Of a DNA stretch of 64,000 nucleotides, positions 43,907-54,102 are shown piece after piece. The translations under genes and the position numbers were made by a program. Every line of letters starts with the position of its first letter. The stretch's first letter is position 1. The notes below the pieces were generated by a model that did not search any database, had not been told where the DNA came from, and saw only the letters and a list, made by a program, of their open reading frames with translations. The stretch lies in IMG/VR virus record IMGVR_UViG_3300032082_001293. The stretch is one strand, 5' to 3'. The stretch comes from a virus.

Positions 43907-44848
43907 TTAATTCCTGTAAACGTATTCTATTGCGCTGTTAGCTTCAACTTCCAATGGTCTATTATCATACCAGTTTCCAGTGTCTTTGTCAAATTCTCGA
44001 CATAGGTCTGCAATCTGTTTTGGTGTGATGGGATATTCAGACTTAACGGCGTTACCAGCAATCGCCACCATAATCTGATACATTTTGTGATACCATCCTG
44101 TGCCACTGAGTAACATATATTCTTGTCCTAGTTTCTTCGGAAAGAATGGACAGTCTTTATATGACACCCACGTGATTTCTGTGTTCTGTGCCTGTTCTTT
44201 TCGATACTTAATCACTTCATCTCGAAGTTTCTCAGGCAACTTATCTAGAAAGTTTTTACCCTTCGGGGCCTCAAAGGTCCACTTGTCCATCAGGGTCTTA
44301 GGATGAACGTGTTGACCCGCATTGATAAAGAAGAAATTAAATGCGTCCGGATATTGTGCCGGAACATAATACATTCGTGACAAATCTTTTGTTTGTTTGT
44401 CACCAATGTCTTGCAGTTCTTTATTCAGAGCGTGCCAGAAATGTGGTATGTCATCAGCGTATACAATATCAACCAACGGAAACACCAATCGAAACTTAGG
44501 GTAGTTTGGTGTGCTGCTTGCGGTAGAGTAACATACGAAATGATACTGACCGCAAATATCCTGTAGAGACGGAACTAAATCGACAGGAAGTACGCTATCA
44601 GAAGAAAAGAAATCGTCCACATCAACAGCAGCCCAACCACCCCAATAATCAACATTTTTATTAGACCTCGTAGTGTTGGGAAGATAATGAGCAGGAGTAA
44701 TAAGAGGAGAAGAATTGTTTCCACCTTTCTGACCTTCTTTAACTGATAAACCTTTTAGTAATGATTCGAATTTTGCCCACGTGGTAAACTCCATAGTCCT
44801 ATGGGTTTTGTTATCGAACTGATTTTGAAACATTGTGAGTGAGTACAT
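43907..44848 (-). CDS. AEP-superfamily primase/PrimPol-like protein
   Basis: AVDVD acidic motif, YSTASS...KFRLVFPL, D.QTKDLSRMYYVP, helical C-domain. Confidence 0.7.
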   Translation of the reverse strand: MYSLTMFQNQFDNKTHRTMEFTTWAKFESLLKGLSVKEGQKGGNNSSPLITPAHYLPNTTRSNKNVDYWGGWAAVDVDDFFSSDSVLPVDLVPSLQDICGQYHFVCYSTASSTPNYPKFRLVFPLVDIVYADDIPHFWHALNKELQDIGDKQTKDLSRMYYVPAQYPDAFNFFFINAGQHVHPKTLMDKWTFEAPKGKNFLDKLPEKLRDEVIKYRKEQAQNTEITWVSYKDCPFFPKKLGQEYMLLSGTGWYHKMYQIMVAIAGNAVKSEYPITPKQIADLCREFDKDTGNWYDNRPLEVEANSAIEYVYRN

Positions 44849-47277
44849 TATCCAAAGAAATCCTCAAGTGTTGCCTTTGGTTCTGCTTCCCAACCCACAG
44901 CCGAAAGAATCGGTTCCAGTGGGTCAAGGAATGTTTTAGCAAACATCTTATCATAATCAACGGATGATGTCAACCCCAGTTCTTTAGGAAATTGACCAGA
45001 GAAGGAAATAATGTTTTCTTTGATTTTGTTGGGGACTCGCAGATAAATGAATTTGATTTTCTCCCCGTCCTGAATCTTTTCGTATTTGTTCTGAAGACCC
45101 TCGAACCGAATGTAATGATTATATAGAAGCGCACCCCGAACGTGAATGGGTGTACCCTTACCATAGATGGTAGTCTTGTCTTCCCACTTACGCAACTCAC
45201 TTACACCACGTGGAAAGGCCACATCTTCGGGTGGGAGTGATGAAAACTCTTGGCGAAACTTTCGAATAAATTCTTGAGTTTCTTCTTCGGTCCCAGTTAC
45301 GATGATGGAGAACAAATCCTTGAAACGTTCACGAACAATCTGGGGCGTCGATGACTTGACGGCCTCGATACCCATCATCTTGAGTTTGGGTTCCGCAAAC
45401 CGAACACCCTCACTATCGTGTACGTTGAGAATGTATCGTTTCTTTGCCATCCAGATACCACGGTCAGCAATCACCTCACGTTTCATCACCATACGATTGA
45501 CATACGCATTGGTTTCTTTTGCGAGGTTGTCATACGCCTTCTCAATTACGTTTTCAAAATGTTCGCACACCTTGTCGAGGAAGTTAACGGGGTTCGCTGG
45601 GTTGTGTTGTTTCACCAACTGAGACATATTGATATAAACAGAGTCAGTATCAATCGCAATCACATAATCATCTTTTGTCCCTAGTAATTCCTGCATCTCA
45701 TCGTTTACCGCCTTCTCAGCGCAACGTATCGCACGCTGGCCGGACAATGTGACACCCTCAGCAAGTCGATGGTCAAAGTAACGAAACCATTTGTTTGCGA
45801 GAGCACCATAGAGAGAGTTCATTAGAATCTTGATACCCGTCTGTTCAGTGTCAAGAGTATCAATCTTTATCGCAAGTTTCTTGGAAGGATTCTTTTCGTA
45901 TTCTTGTTTCGCCTCCAACATCTCTTTCTTAATACCAACTCGACGGTCATAAAACTTACGAATAACTTTGGGTACAATACCTTCAAACTTATTAGAGTAT
46001 CGTGTTCCGTTCGCAGCCTCACACACACCATCGTCACTAAGAGTTTCGGGGGACATATTGTATTGAACAATAATGTTAGGATACAGAGAGTTCAGGTCAA
46101 ACGAACAGACCCAATCGTGAGCACCCACTTCGGGGTCTTTCACAAAACCACCAGCAATTTTATTATTGACTTCTGCAACGGGTGGTTTGGGTGGAATGAC
46201 CTTACCCTCAGCAATCAACTCGTTATAGATGATTGCATCCCAGATAGCCGTGGTACCCAACGCATCACCAAGATTTGTTTTCGCACCATATGCCATCGTC
46301 ATCACCAGAGTGATGATACCCAACTTCTCTTCGAGTCGATCAACCAGTTCAACGTCTTTTATGTTATAGTCGATAAACTTCTGAAAATCGTGTTTATATA
46401 ATGAGTGCAGAGAACCATACTCATCATAAGAAAGTTTTCGTTCACCCAGTACGACATTTGCGATGTGGTCAAGTTTATAAGATTCTTGTTGTCCATATGT
46501 ATTCCACGTGAATTTTTTAAACAGGTCGAAGTAGTCTAGCTGAACGATACCATCAAGGTCATACGAGATTTGTTCTCGACCACCCAGTGTCGGAATCATT
46601 CTTTTGCGTACCAACTTCCACGGCGACATTTCTAGATATTCGTTTGTGGTGAACAGATTCATCATTCGATTGACCAGATATGGTATATCAAACAACTTGG
46701 TGTTCCAACCCGTTACGATATCAGGGCAGTTACCTTTCCACCAACCTAAGAAGGATTGTAGAAGTGCCGGTTCATCAGTACACTTAAAATATTTAACATT
46801 TTTTTCAGATAAAGTTTCATCATAGTCATACAATCCAAAAACATAATAGGTACTGTCCTGATTGTTTTTGACTGTGATAGAAATGACAGGATGTTTTGCC
46901 TCATCGGGAGCTGGGAATCCCTCGTCTGATGCCACCTCGATATCAATTGTACAAACGTTTACCATATCCCTATCGAACTTAACTTCGTTCGGGAATTTGT
47001 TTGCGATGAACTGAGTTACAAAGTTTGTCTGACCATAGACAGGAAAGTTCGGGACCGCCTTGTATCGTTGTTCGAACTCACGGGCGTCCTGCATCGAATC
47101 GAATTCGATTGGAGAAACTTTGTGTCCGTCAAGACTTCTATATTTGTTGGTCGCTTTGGGAGATTGTACAAAGAGTACTGGTTTGAATTTGATTTTTTCT
47201 TCAACCCTCTGTCCGTTTTTAAATCCACGATACAGAAGGTTGTTGCCGTATTTTGAGACTGATGTATAAAAATTCAT
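44848..47277 (-). CDS. gp43: family B DNA polymerase (T4 gp43)
   Basis: DIEV exo [28 protein letters not shown]; no intein or intron seen. Confidence 0.98.
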   Translation of the reverse strand: MNFYTSVSKYGNNLLYRGFKNGQRVEEKIKFKPVLFVQSPKATNKYRSLDGHKVSPIEFDSMQDAREFEQRYKAVPNFPVYGQTNFVTQFIANKFPNEVKFDRDMVNVCTIDIEVASDEGFPAPDEAKHPVISITVKNNQDSTYYVFGLYDYDETLSEKNVKYFKCTDEPALLQSFLGWWKGNCPDIVTGWNTKLFDIPYLVNRMMNLFTTNEYLEMSPWKLVRKRMIPTLGGREQISYDLDGIVQLDYFDLFKKFTWNTYGQQESYKLDHIANVVLGERKLSYDEYGSLHSLYKHDFQKFIDYNIKDVELVDRLEEKLGIITLVMTMAYGAKTNLGDALGTTAIWDAIIYNELIAEGKVIPPKPPVAEVNNKIAGGFVKDPEVGAHDWVCSFDLNSLYPNIIVQYNMSPETLSDDGVCEAANGTRYSNKFEGIVPKVIRKFYDRRVGIKKEMLEAKQEYEKNPSKKLAIKIDTLDTEQTGIKILMNSLYGALANKWFRYFDHRLAEGVTLSGQRAIRCAEKAVNDEMQELLGTKDDYVIAIDTDSVYINMSQLVKQHNPANPVNFLDKVCEHFENVIEKAYDNLAKETNAYVNRMVMKREVIADRGIWMAKKRYILNVHDSEGVRFAEPKLKMMGIEAVKSSTPQIVRERFKDLFSIIVTGTEEETQEFIRKFRQEFSSLPPEDVAFPRGVSELRKWEDKTTIYGKGTPIHVRGALLYNHYIRFEGLQNKYEKIQDGEKIKFIYLRVPNKIKENIISFSGQFPKELGLTSSVDYDKMFAKTFLDPLEPILSAVGWEAEPKATLEDFFG

Positions 47278-47283
47278 AGACCC

Positions 47284-47312
47284 ATTATATGATAAAATTT
47301 ATAGGAAGTCAA
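47284..47312 (-). promoter_or_regulatory. sigma70-like promoter of gene 43
   Basis: TTGACT-N17-TATAAT. Confidence 0.7.
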
Positions 47313-47359
47313 GGGTGGTGTGGCGTTTTTGGGAGGAACGCCACGGAAACCCTACCACA

Positions 47360-47485
47360 TTAAATCATTGGCATATAAGTAGCGTTTACCATCAACTCAG
47401 GGTACATAATTGGACCCATAAATCCTAGTATACAGCCACCTACAACAATTGCTGCTAACGTGTAATTCCTGATTTTGATAATCAT
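47360..47485 (-). CDS. small membrane peptide, 41 aa
   Basis: Manual ORF MIIKIRNYTLAAIVVGGCILGFMGP... Confidence 0.55.
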   Translation of the reverse strand: MIIKIRNYTLAAIVVGGCILGFMGPIMYPELMVNATYMPMI

Positions 47486-47580
47486 GATATCACCGTCAAC
47501 ACAATCATTGCTGGCGCAACTAATAATGCAGTAGCAAGCATGTAAACCGCTTGCGCTTCTTCGCTACATAAAACTTTCAT
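47482..47580 (-). CDS. small membrane peptide, 32 aa
   Basis: Manual ORF MKVLCSEEAQAVYMLATALLVAPAMIVLTVIS, GGAG SD. Confidence 0.5.
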   Translation of the reverse strand: MKVLCSEEAQAVYMLATALLVAPAMIVLTVIS

Positions 47581-47813
47581 TACTCCTCCTTTGCAGATAC
47601 CTTATAACCAGCGGCTTCCCATTGTTCAATGGTTCGACACTTCATTTTTTTAACAGTAAGACCAGCAGGTCCACGAACTTCTACTCGTGCACAAAACTTA
47701 CCATCTTCGGTTGCCTTGGCAACATAGTCTTGTTCGTCTGCTTGTACAGGTTGAGCAACAAGTGATGCTGCGAAAATAACACCGCTACATGCGGTCATGA
47801 TTTCTTTTTTCAT
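47580..47813 (-). CDS. small exported protein with Cys pair
   Basis: Signal peptide, GKFCARV...KCRTIEQW. Confidence 0.65.
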   Translation of the reverse strand: MKKEIMTACSGVIFAASLVAQPVQADEQDYVAKATEDGKFCARVEVRGPAGLTVKKMKCRTIEQWEAAGYKVSAKEE

Positions 47814-47831
47814 TTTAACGTCCTTATGAGA

Positions 47832-48260
47832 TTAGATTTTGATTTCGATCTTTCTCGGACGCTGTTCTTCGGGCAGTTCAACTCTCAATTTAATGACTAG
47901 TAAACCGTTGACGAATCCAGCTCCATCAACGACAACATGGTCAGCGAGTCTAAATGTTTCCACGAATTTCTTGGTGGTAATCCCTTTATGAAGATACGTC
48001 TTACCTTCTTCTTCTTTTGGATTACCCTTGATGATTAGAACTCCAGGCTTTGCCTCGATTTCTAAATCAGCTCTTTCGTAACCACCCAGTGCAAGTTCGA
48101 TGGCGTATTCCGTCTCACTATATTTTACAATATTGTGACGGGGAAAACCCTTCTCATTTGCGCCAATGGCGGTTAGTCTTTCTACCTCGTCCCATACATG
48201 GTCGAAACCAATGAAACGAGAATGTGGGAACGAAAACACTTTGCTTCGTGTATTAACCAT
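47832..48260 (-). CDS. small heat shock protein Hsp20/IbpA
   Basis: FIGFD, FP.HNI, YLHKGI, F...F.LAD, NGLLVI.L. Confidence 0.95.
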   Translation of the reverse strand: MVNTRSKVFSFPHSRFIGFDHVWDEVERLTAIGANEKGFPRHNIVKYSETEYAIELALGGYERADLEIEAKPGVLIIKGNPKEEEGKTYLHKGITTKKFVETFRLADHVVVDGAGFVNGLLVIKLRVELPEEQRPRKIEIKI

Positions 48261-48322
48261 AACGGTCTCCTTATCTTTAAGCGAGATTGTTGTCTAACTA
48301 CCGGACCATTCCGCGTAGTCGT
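48261..48322 (-). promoter_or_regulatory. ROSE-like RNA thermometer in hsp20 5' UTR
   Basis: CUCGCU pairs with the AGGAG SD with a bulged G; upstream hairpin GACTAC-G-CGGA-ATGG-TCCG-GTAGTT. Confidence 0.55.
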
Positions 48323-48368
48323 TAATATATATAACACTTTTGTTTTTAAATGTCAACTATTTTCTTTT

Positions 48369-49055
48369 TTATCGATTATCAATTATCCAAAACCTTCTGA
48401 GGCCGTGTTCCCATCTTTTATCATTTTTAACAACCCAATCGTATCTATGTCCTTTATTGGGGTTATTTGACATGGTAGCATTAAGGTCCTTGTCATCATA
48501 ACGAGTCCACTTACACCCGTTTTTATTTAATATTTTTTCAACAAAAGCTGGAGATGGTTTTGTTCCTTTACCATTAACCGCTTGGTCGTTGACAGCTTTA
48601 GGTTCTTGAACTTTAATTTCAAAATCTGGGTCTAAACTATCACAAACCTCCGTTTCTAAAAACATAACATTAGTATGTGTTAAAGCACATTCAAGGTCTT
48701 GTTGCCAATTATCTAAATGGTACAATACGCCCCAATGAATGATAAAATCAAACTTTTTTTCGAGGTTCCAAGGATTGTCTTGGTCTAACAACATTAGTTC
48801 TCTGTCTGGATTTATTTTCGAAAACCCCTCTCTATGAATTTCATTTCCGTCAGTGAAAGTAATATCACAACTAAACCTTTCAATAAGTTCTTTTCCTGTA
48901 TGACCGTATCCACAACCAAGTTCAAGTCCGGTAGCCTCATGAAAAAAATTTTCACCCATGACAGAAACTATTTTTTTAATTCTAGATTCTCTCCACGGAA
49001 TATATAAACCTTCGAATTGTGCGGTTTTTTTAAAATCACTGGGTTCGTTCGACAT
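48369..49055 (-). CDS. class I SAM-dependent methyltransferase
   Basis: LELGCGYG, WGVLYHL. Confidence 0.85.
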   Translation of the reverse strand: MSNEPSDFKKTAQFEGLYIPWRESRIKKIVSVMGENFFHEATGLELGCGYGHTGKELIERFSCDITFTDGNEIHREGFSKINPDRELMLLDQDNPWNLEKKFDFIIHWGVLYHLDNWQQDLECALTHTNVMFLETEVCDSLDPDFEIKVQEPKAVNDQAVNGKGTKPSPAFVEKILNKNGCKWTRYDDKDLNATMSNNPNKGHRYDWVVKNDKRWEHGLRRFWIIDNR

Positions 49056-49058
49056 AAC

Positions 49059-49265
49059 TTAAATCTCCATATTTTCTTCAATTAACCACTCTTTTTCACC
49101 AGCGAATGTTGGTGCGTCGGTTAATGCTTCGTCAATAAATTTACGAAGACGATACAACTTTTGTTTCTGTGGCCAATTAACAAACCCAGTCATATTTGGA
49201 TCGTTCATGTTATTAATCCACGTTCTCACATCTTTTTCCACTTGTTCATAACTAGAAATAATCAT
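49059..49265 (-). CDS. hypothetical protein
   Basis: 68 aa ORF in operon. Confidence 0.6.
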   Translation of the reverse strand: MIISSYEQVEKDVRTWINNMNDPNMTGFVNWPQKQKLYRLRKFIDEALTDAPTFAGEKEWLIEENMEI

Positions 49266-49993
49266 TATTTAATATCCTCTAATACATCATGTTCAGGTTC
49301 CCAACCATATTGGGACAAAATTGTGGGGTCAGCGCAAGTGTTTTCTCGTTCTCCCGTTACTTCACGAACAGGAAGGTTATTGTCTGGCCACAAATGGTCA
49401 GCAAGTTCTTTTACGGTATGGGGATTGCCATTACCAACATCAATTGCTTTATGCCAACTCAATTTATCGAAGTTTTCGATACAAAGGTCAATCGCAGAAC
49501 ACACATCGTAAACGTGAGTCCAATCACGTGTGTGATTAGTGATATACTCTACATCTCTTCTCTTCAATTTATCGTATAACATATCAGGACGAGAATCTTC
49601 ACCATATACCGTATGAAATCTTAGACCAAGTGTTCCATTAGGGGCAATCTCTTCGCAGACCTTTTTGGTTGTAGCATACGGAGATAACCACCACTCGTAG
49701 ATACTTGAGGATGATGCCCAGATAATTGGTTTACCATAATACTCATTAAAGATTCGGCGTGTACCTTCGACGTTCATGGACCAGAACTCTTCAGGAATCT
49801 GATGAGAACGCCTTACGCCAGCATATGCTCCAAGATGTACAACGGCATCAACTGTTGGGTCATAAACATGATTACGAATATCGTCGTTAATATCTTCTTT
49901 AATGTCTAAACAAAGAAACTCATACTTTCCAATATATTGTTTAAAAAAGTTTCTACCTATAAAACCACTAGAACCAGTTAAAAGTATTTTCAT
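49265..49993 (-). CDS. NAD-dependent epimerase/dehydratase
   Basis: TGSSGFIG, HLGA..GV, ASSSS, YATTK, RF.TVYG. Confidence 0.92.
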   Translation of the reverse strand: MKILLTGSSGFIGRNFFKQYIGKYEFLCLDIKEDINDDIRNHVYDPTVDAVVHLGAYAGVRRSHQIPEEFWSMNVEGTRRIFNEYYGKPIIWASSSSIYEWWLSPYATTKKVCEEIAPNGTLGLRFHTVYGEDSRPDMLYDKLKRRDVEYITNHTRDWTHVYDVCSAIDLCIENFDKLSWHKAIDVGNGNPHTVKELADHLWPDNNLPVREVTGERENTCADPTILSQYGWEPEHDVLEDIK

Positions 49994-50008
49994 ATACTAT
50001 GATGTAAT

Positions 50009-50413
50009 TCACTTATTACCGATATTGTACTTAGGACACAGTTCCCACTGTTCTTTATCTCTATGGGAAATGATTTTAATTTGTCGCAACGGCGCACACA
50101 CTTCAGCTTTCTTAGGATTATCTAATTTTAACAAACCCCAATCTGAAAGTAAAGTGGCAATCGTGTTTCTTCGTGCGATATCGTTTTCTTCTAGATTAGA
50201 CTTCTTACCATCAAGTAAGAACAGTTCTTTAAAGTGAACGATAAAATACCGGCCCTGTTTATGAAGAATGTGACAGGACTGATAAAGTTTTTGTTCTTTT
50301 CTTGAGGCAACGCCAATGCGGGTTAATGTTTCACGAATCTTTAAAAAGTCATCGGGTTCATTCAATATAATTTCTAACAGGTCGTTAGGATTCCATAAAC
50401 TATTTTCTTCCAC
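50009..50413 (-). CDS. regA: translational repressor RegA
   Basis: DFLKIRETLTRIG, LYQSCHILHKQGRY.IVHFKELF. Confidence 0.97.
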   Translation of the reverse strand: MEENSLWNPNDLLEIILNEPDDFLKIRETLTRIGVASRKEQKLYQSCHILHKQGRYFIVHFKELFLLDGKKSNLEENDIARRNTIATLLSDWGLLKLDNPKKAEVCAPLRQIKIISHRDKEQWELCPKYNIGNK

Positions 50414-50777
50414 CTTTATACACCTTATTTCTAATTATTTCAATTTGTTCAGGTGTTAAAAGAGATATAGCAGAACGAGCCTTTTCATTGCTGTATCCAT
50501 AAAACTCTTTAACAACTTCCAAATCATCGACACCGGAAGGTTTACCCCATTTAGTAAAGCGCTTCCTTTTTCTAACTATATTTAGTAAAAAATGAAATTG
50601 TAACTTTTTGTCGATATGATGATACTTGTTCATCTCATTCGAGAGCATTACAGTATCTTGGAAATAGGAAAGTTGACGATTTACAATAAACGGTAGATAT
50701 TCTTTCTCCGCTTCATCATCAATCATAATATCTTCTTTAGTATAGTTAATACTATTCACAAATTCAAATGGATTCAT
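50400..50777 (-). CDS. gp62: clamp loader small subunit (T4 gp62)
   Basis: Y.PFIVNR.LSY..D, EMN, KRF.KW, YGYS.EKA. Confidence 0.93.
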   Translation of the reverse strand: MNPFEFVNSINYTKEDIMIDDEAEKEYLPFIVNRQLSYFQDTVMLSNEMNKYHHIDKKLQFHFLLNIVRKRKRFTKWGKPSGVDDLEVVKEFYGYSNEKARSAISLLTPEQIEIIRNKVYKGGRK

Positions 50778-51799
50778 TTTTTGTTCTTTTCATACATCTC
50801 ATTAATTAAGTCAGCTTGTTCTTGTGTCATCTTACGACTATCAAGTAGTTCGCCAGTCTTAGTGACATAACCCCTAGTAGTAGCGATTGCATCTTTCACC
50901 CACTTGGGCCTTTTTAGTTGTTTCGCATTAAATTTAGGTTTGGGTGGTGGTTCCGATACCGACACTTCCTGCACAGTTTCTTCTTGTATAGTTTCTACTG
51001 GCGTTTCTTTAATATCGTCTAAAACCAAAACCTCTTTTGTTTTAACAGTCGTAGGTGTTTCCTCTCTTCTGGTCGCAATCGCTTTGGTACTTGCTATTAG
51101 TAATACCACAGCGAGTGGGTCAAAGACAAACACCAACGAAAGAATAACACCTCTCACAGCCTTGTCATAGTAGTTCTGTGCTTCGTCGCCGTAGATTAAT
51201 TCTGCGATATATTTAATCGCACCAATCTCTAACTCAAACGCAATATTTTCTCTCTTTAATTCTAACTCTTCTTCTTGTAGTTTGTCAATTGTTTGGGAGA
51301 TTTCTTCTCGTGAAGCTTCTAATTGTGTGCGTTCTGTTTTCTGTTCTTCCCTTGCCTTTAAACCTCTGGTTATATACCCCCTTTCGATATACTCGTCAAG
51401 CGCAGCATCTAAAGAACCTAGTTGTTTGTCTATCGCATCTAAACGACGAGTTTCTGCTGACAATTTTCTTTGTACATTTTCTAGTTTAACATCATTATTA
51501 GATGTCTTGGTTTCCTGTTCTAAATGTGCCCTAGAAAGATAACCAAAAATACCCATACTGGTGATAAACATTAACACCACCACAGCGAGAGTTAGATACG
51601 ATTTGATTGGAATACTGATTCGTTTCCACTCAAGATGTAACCATGCGGCCGTTACAAGTTTACCCACTTCGAGTGCACTGGCCATAATCACTACTGACCA
51701 GAACGCACCAGAAAATATCGTGGACAAACCTATAATCGAAAAGAATGCCGCAATCACCGCAAGCGTGATTGATGTTATAAACGCAAGGTAATTTGTCAA
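50774..51799 (-). CDS. multi-pass membrane protein with coiled coil
   Basis: Three N-terminal TMs, long coil, further TM (VFDPLAV). Confidence 0.75.
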   Translation of the reverse strand: MTNYLAFITSITLAVIAAFFSIIGLSTIFSGAFWSVVIMASALEVGKLVTAAWLHLEWKRISIPIKSYLTLAVVVLMFITSMGIFGYLSRAHLEQETKTSNNDVKLENVQRKLSAETRRLDAIDKQLGSLDAALDEYIERGYITRGLKAREEQKTERTQLEASREEISQTIDKLQEEELELKRENIAFELEIGAIKYIAELIYGDEAQNYYDKAVRGVILSLVFVFDPLAVVLLIASTKAIATRREETPTTVKTKEVLVLDDIKETPVETIQEETVQEVSVSEPPPKPKFNAKQLKRPKWVKDAIATTRGYVTKTGELLDSRKMTQEQADLINEMYEKNKK

Positions 51800-51821
51800 A
51801 ATAGAAACTTACTTTGAAGGA

Positions 51822-52760
51822 CTATTTTATATTTATATTAGCCATAAGTTCTGTAAGACAGGCGACCATATTTAACTCGTGGTCGGCAACAAACGCATTC
51901 TTGTACTGATAGTCAGCCAGAATCAATACCAGATTAGGAATTGTACTGGTTTCTACGTTATCATACATTCTGTCATAGATACCACGAAAGATTGTGTTTG
52001 GGTCAACGTCCACATTATTCACAACCCATGTTCTCATTTTCTTAAAGTCTTTATCTTTAAGAGCCTTGAACAACAAGTCATAATCGTTGTTATCAGCAGC
52101 ATTCAACACAACCGTTTCGAGTTGACCACCAATAGAATGTCTCTGACACTCATTGATAACACGACGCCAATCAGGAGCGTGTCTCATAATTAACTGTACT
52201 AATGTTTCAGTTTTATATTCAACAAGTTCTTTGTCTAGAATATTTTTCAAACGTGCAAGAAAGGTTCCACAGAGTTCCGCAAGTTCTTTCTTGGTGGTGT
52301 TGAATTCGTACACACCACATCGAGAATGTAGTGGTTCGATGATACGATTCTTGAAGTTACAAGTAAGAATGAAACGACAGTTATCAGCAAACTCTTCAAT
52401 AAACCCACGCAACGCTGGTTGGGTAGATTGGGGATTTAGGTAATCAGCCTCGTCTAAGATGACCACCTTGTATCCACCTTGCAAAGAGATTGAAGATGCA
52501 AACTGTTTTATCTTTCCTCGCAATGTGTCAATGTTGCCTTCTTCAGACCCGTTAATAACAATGTGGTCTAAGTCGAGTTCATTACACAATGCTTTTGCAA
52601 CGGTAGTCTTACCCAGTCCCGCTGTTCCGGTGAACAACATATTAGGCAAGTCACCATTGGCAACTATTTTTTCAAAAACGTTTTTTAAGGATTGTGGAAG
52701 AACACAATCATCAATTGATTGAGGGCGATATTTTTCCACCCATAGAAAGTCGGATGACAT
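51822..52760 (-). CDS. gp44: clamp loader large subunit (T4 gp44)
   Basis: WVEKYRP, GTAGLGKTT, DEAD, SRC. Confidence 0.97.
   Translation of the reverse strand: MSSDFLWVEKYRPQSIDDCVLPQSLKNVFEKIVANGDLPNMLFTGTAGLGKTTVAKALCNELDLDHIVINGSEEGNIDTLRGKIKQFASSISLQGGYKVVILDEADYLNPQSTQPALRGFIEEFADNCRFILTCNFKNRIIEPLHSRCGVYEFNTTKKELAELCGTFLARLKNILDKELVEYKTETLVQLIMRHAPDWRRVINECQRHSIGGQLETVVLNAADNNDYDLLFKALKDKDFKKMRTWVVNNVDVDPNTIFRGIYDRMYDNVETSTIPNLVLILADYQYKNAFVADHELNMVACLTELMANINIK
51830..51837 (-). promoter_or_regulatory. T4-type late promoter in the 3' end of gene 44
   Basis: TATAAATA 31 nt upstream of ORF 50774..51799. Confidence 0.6.
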
Positions 52761-52796
52761 TTAACTTTTCTCCATAAAACATAATATAAAAAAGAT

Positions 52797-52872
52797 TGGA
52801 GCGGGATGCGAGGTTCGAACTCACGACCTCAACCTTGGCAAGGTTGCGCTCTACCAACTGAGCTAATCCCGC
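52797..52872 (-). tRNA. tRNA-Gly (GCC)
   Basis: 76-nt cloverleaf, anticodon arm CAACC-TTGCCAA-GGTTG, encoded CCA. Confidence 0.97.
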
Positions 52873-52899
52873 TAAAATCATCAGGAGTAAAAGAAAAAT

Positions 52900-53115
52900 T
52901 TATACTTCATCGGGGATAGGTTCTGGGCCTGGTCCCTGTTCTCCTTCGTTCTCAAGCAACTGAATCAGTGCAATGCTTTGGTCACGCAATTGACCAATCG
53001 TAGCCAATTCTTCACCACGAAAACCTCCACGTGCAGCAACTGTGTCAATTACAGCAACTGTGCTGCGAGTAACTCTGTTCGCAAGATCAGTGATTTGTTC
53101 AATGTTATCTGACAT
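52900..53115 (-). CDS. hypothetical protein, paralog of 53815..54102
   Basis: IDTVAARGGFRGEEL..IG..R; start reassigned to MSDNIE. Confidence 0.7.
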   Translation of the reverse strand: MSDNIEQITDLANRVTRSTVAVIDTVAARGGFRGEELATIGQLRDQSIALIQLLENEGEQGPGPEPIPDEV

Positions 53116-53119
53116 TATT

Positions 53120-53794
53120 TTATACTCCGTAAGTACTAGATTTTTCAAGCGCTACCCAATATTCAGTAGCAGTTTCAATATTCACAAAATGTGAAATTAA
53201 TTTAGAAGAAATTCCAACCTCATAATCACCATCAACCATTTTCAGATTGCTGATATTAAAAACGAAATTGAAACTCTCGTCTCCAAATGTTCCGTCCACA
53301 TCAATAGAAAAAACATTAGATGTAGTATCTTTACTATCAATTACAGACAAACATACAACACCGCTTGAATTACTCACAGAAAGTTCTGTGTGTCCAAGCA
53401 CAGAAGATGCACGTTTGATTTTTGATAGTGTCTGTCTATCTAGTGTGAATTTAACATCTGCATCAGGCATTATAATATCTTTTGATGGTTTTGTCAAGAT
53501 GTCTAGGTCAGAGTAGTGATACTTTGTCCTAGACCGTCCTGAGTTGTCAATCACCAAAACATAGTTCTGTTCGAACTTCAGCCGTGGACTGTCCACTAGA
53601 GACAGCACACTGATAAATTCGTTTAGGTCATAAATGCCAAAGGTCTCGGGAAAATCGATATCCAGTTTAGAAGAACTCAAAACATTCTTCGCTTCGGAAA
53701 TAGTTTTTACCACGTTACCCTTTTCAATCACAATGTTAGGATTGATTGTCGCATAGTTCTTAAGAACCGACATTGTTTTTTCAGAAAGTTCCAT
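53120..53794 (-). CDS. gp45: sliding clamp (T4 gp45)
   Basis: MELS..T..VLKNYATIN, FGIYDLNEF, Y.V.IS.K, YWVALE. Confidence 0.95.
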   Translation of the reverse strand: MELSEKTMSVLKNYATINPNIVIEKGNVVKTISEAKNVLSSSKLDIDFPETFGIYDLNEFISVLSLVDSPRLKFEQNYVLVIDNSGRSRTKYHYSDLDILTKPSKDIIMPDADVKFTLDRQTLSKIKRASSVLGHTELSVSNSSGVVCLSVIDSKDTTSNVFSIDVDGTFGDESFNFVFNISNLKMVDGDYEVGISSKLISHFVNIETATEYWVALEKSSTYGV

Positions 53795-53814
53795 AATATA
53801 ATTTCTCTAAAGTT

Positions 53815-54102
53815 TTACTCTTCAGTAGTTACCTCTTCGACAACAACTTCTTCGGTTGCATCTGATGCACCTTCTTCCTCAGCTGCAGGTTGTTGTTGTG
53901 GTGATGCTGCTTGAACAAAGTTCACTAAACGGTTGCGTACACGACCAACTGATTCTAATTCTTCGCCCTTGAAAGCACCACGTTGTGACACAATATCAAT
54001 GATATTGATCATAGCAGTAAAGTCTTGCAGAGAAATTGAAACTTTAACAGTTTCACCTTCTGGTGCCTGATCTACTACATCTACATTTTCTACTTCACTC
54101 AT
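53815..54102 (-). CDS. hypothetical protein
   Basis: IDIVSQRGAFKGEEL..VG..R. Confidence 0.7.
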   Translation of the reverse strand: MSEVENVDVVDQAPEGETVKVSISLQDFTAMINIIDIVSQRGAFKGEELESVGRVRNRLVNFVQAASPQQQPAAEEEGASDATEEVVVEEVTTEE

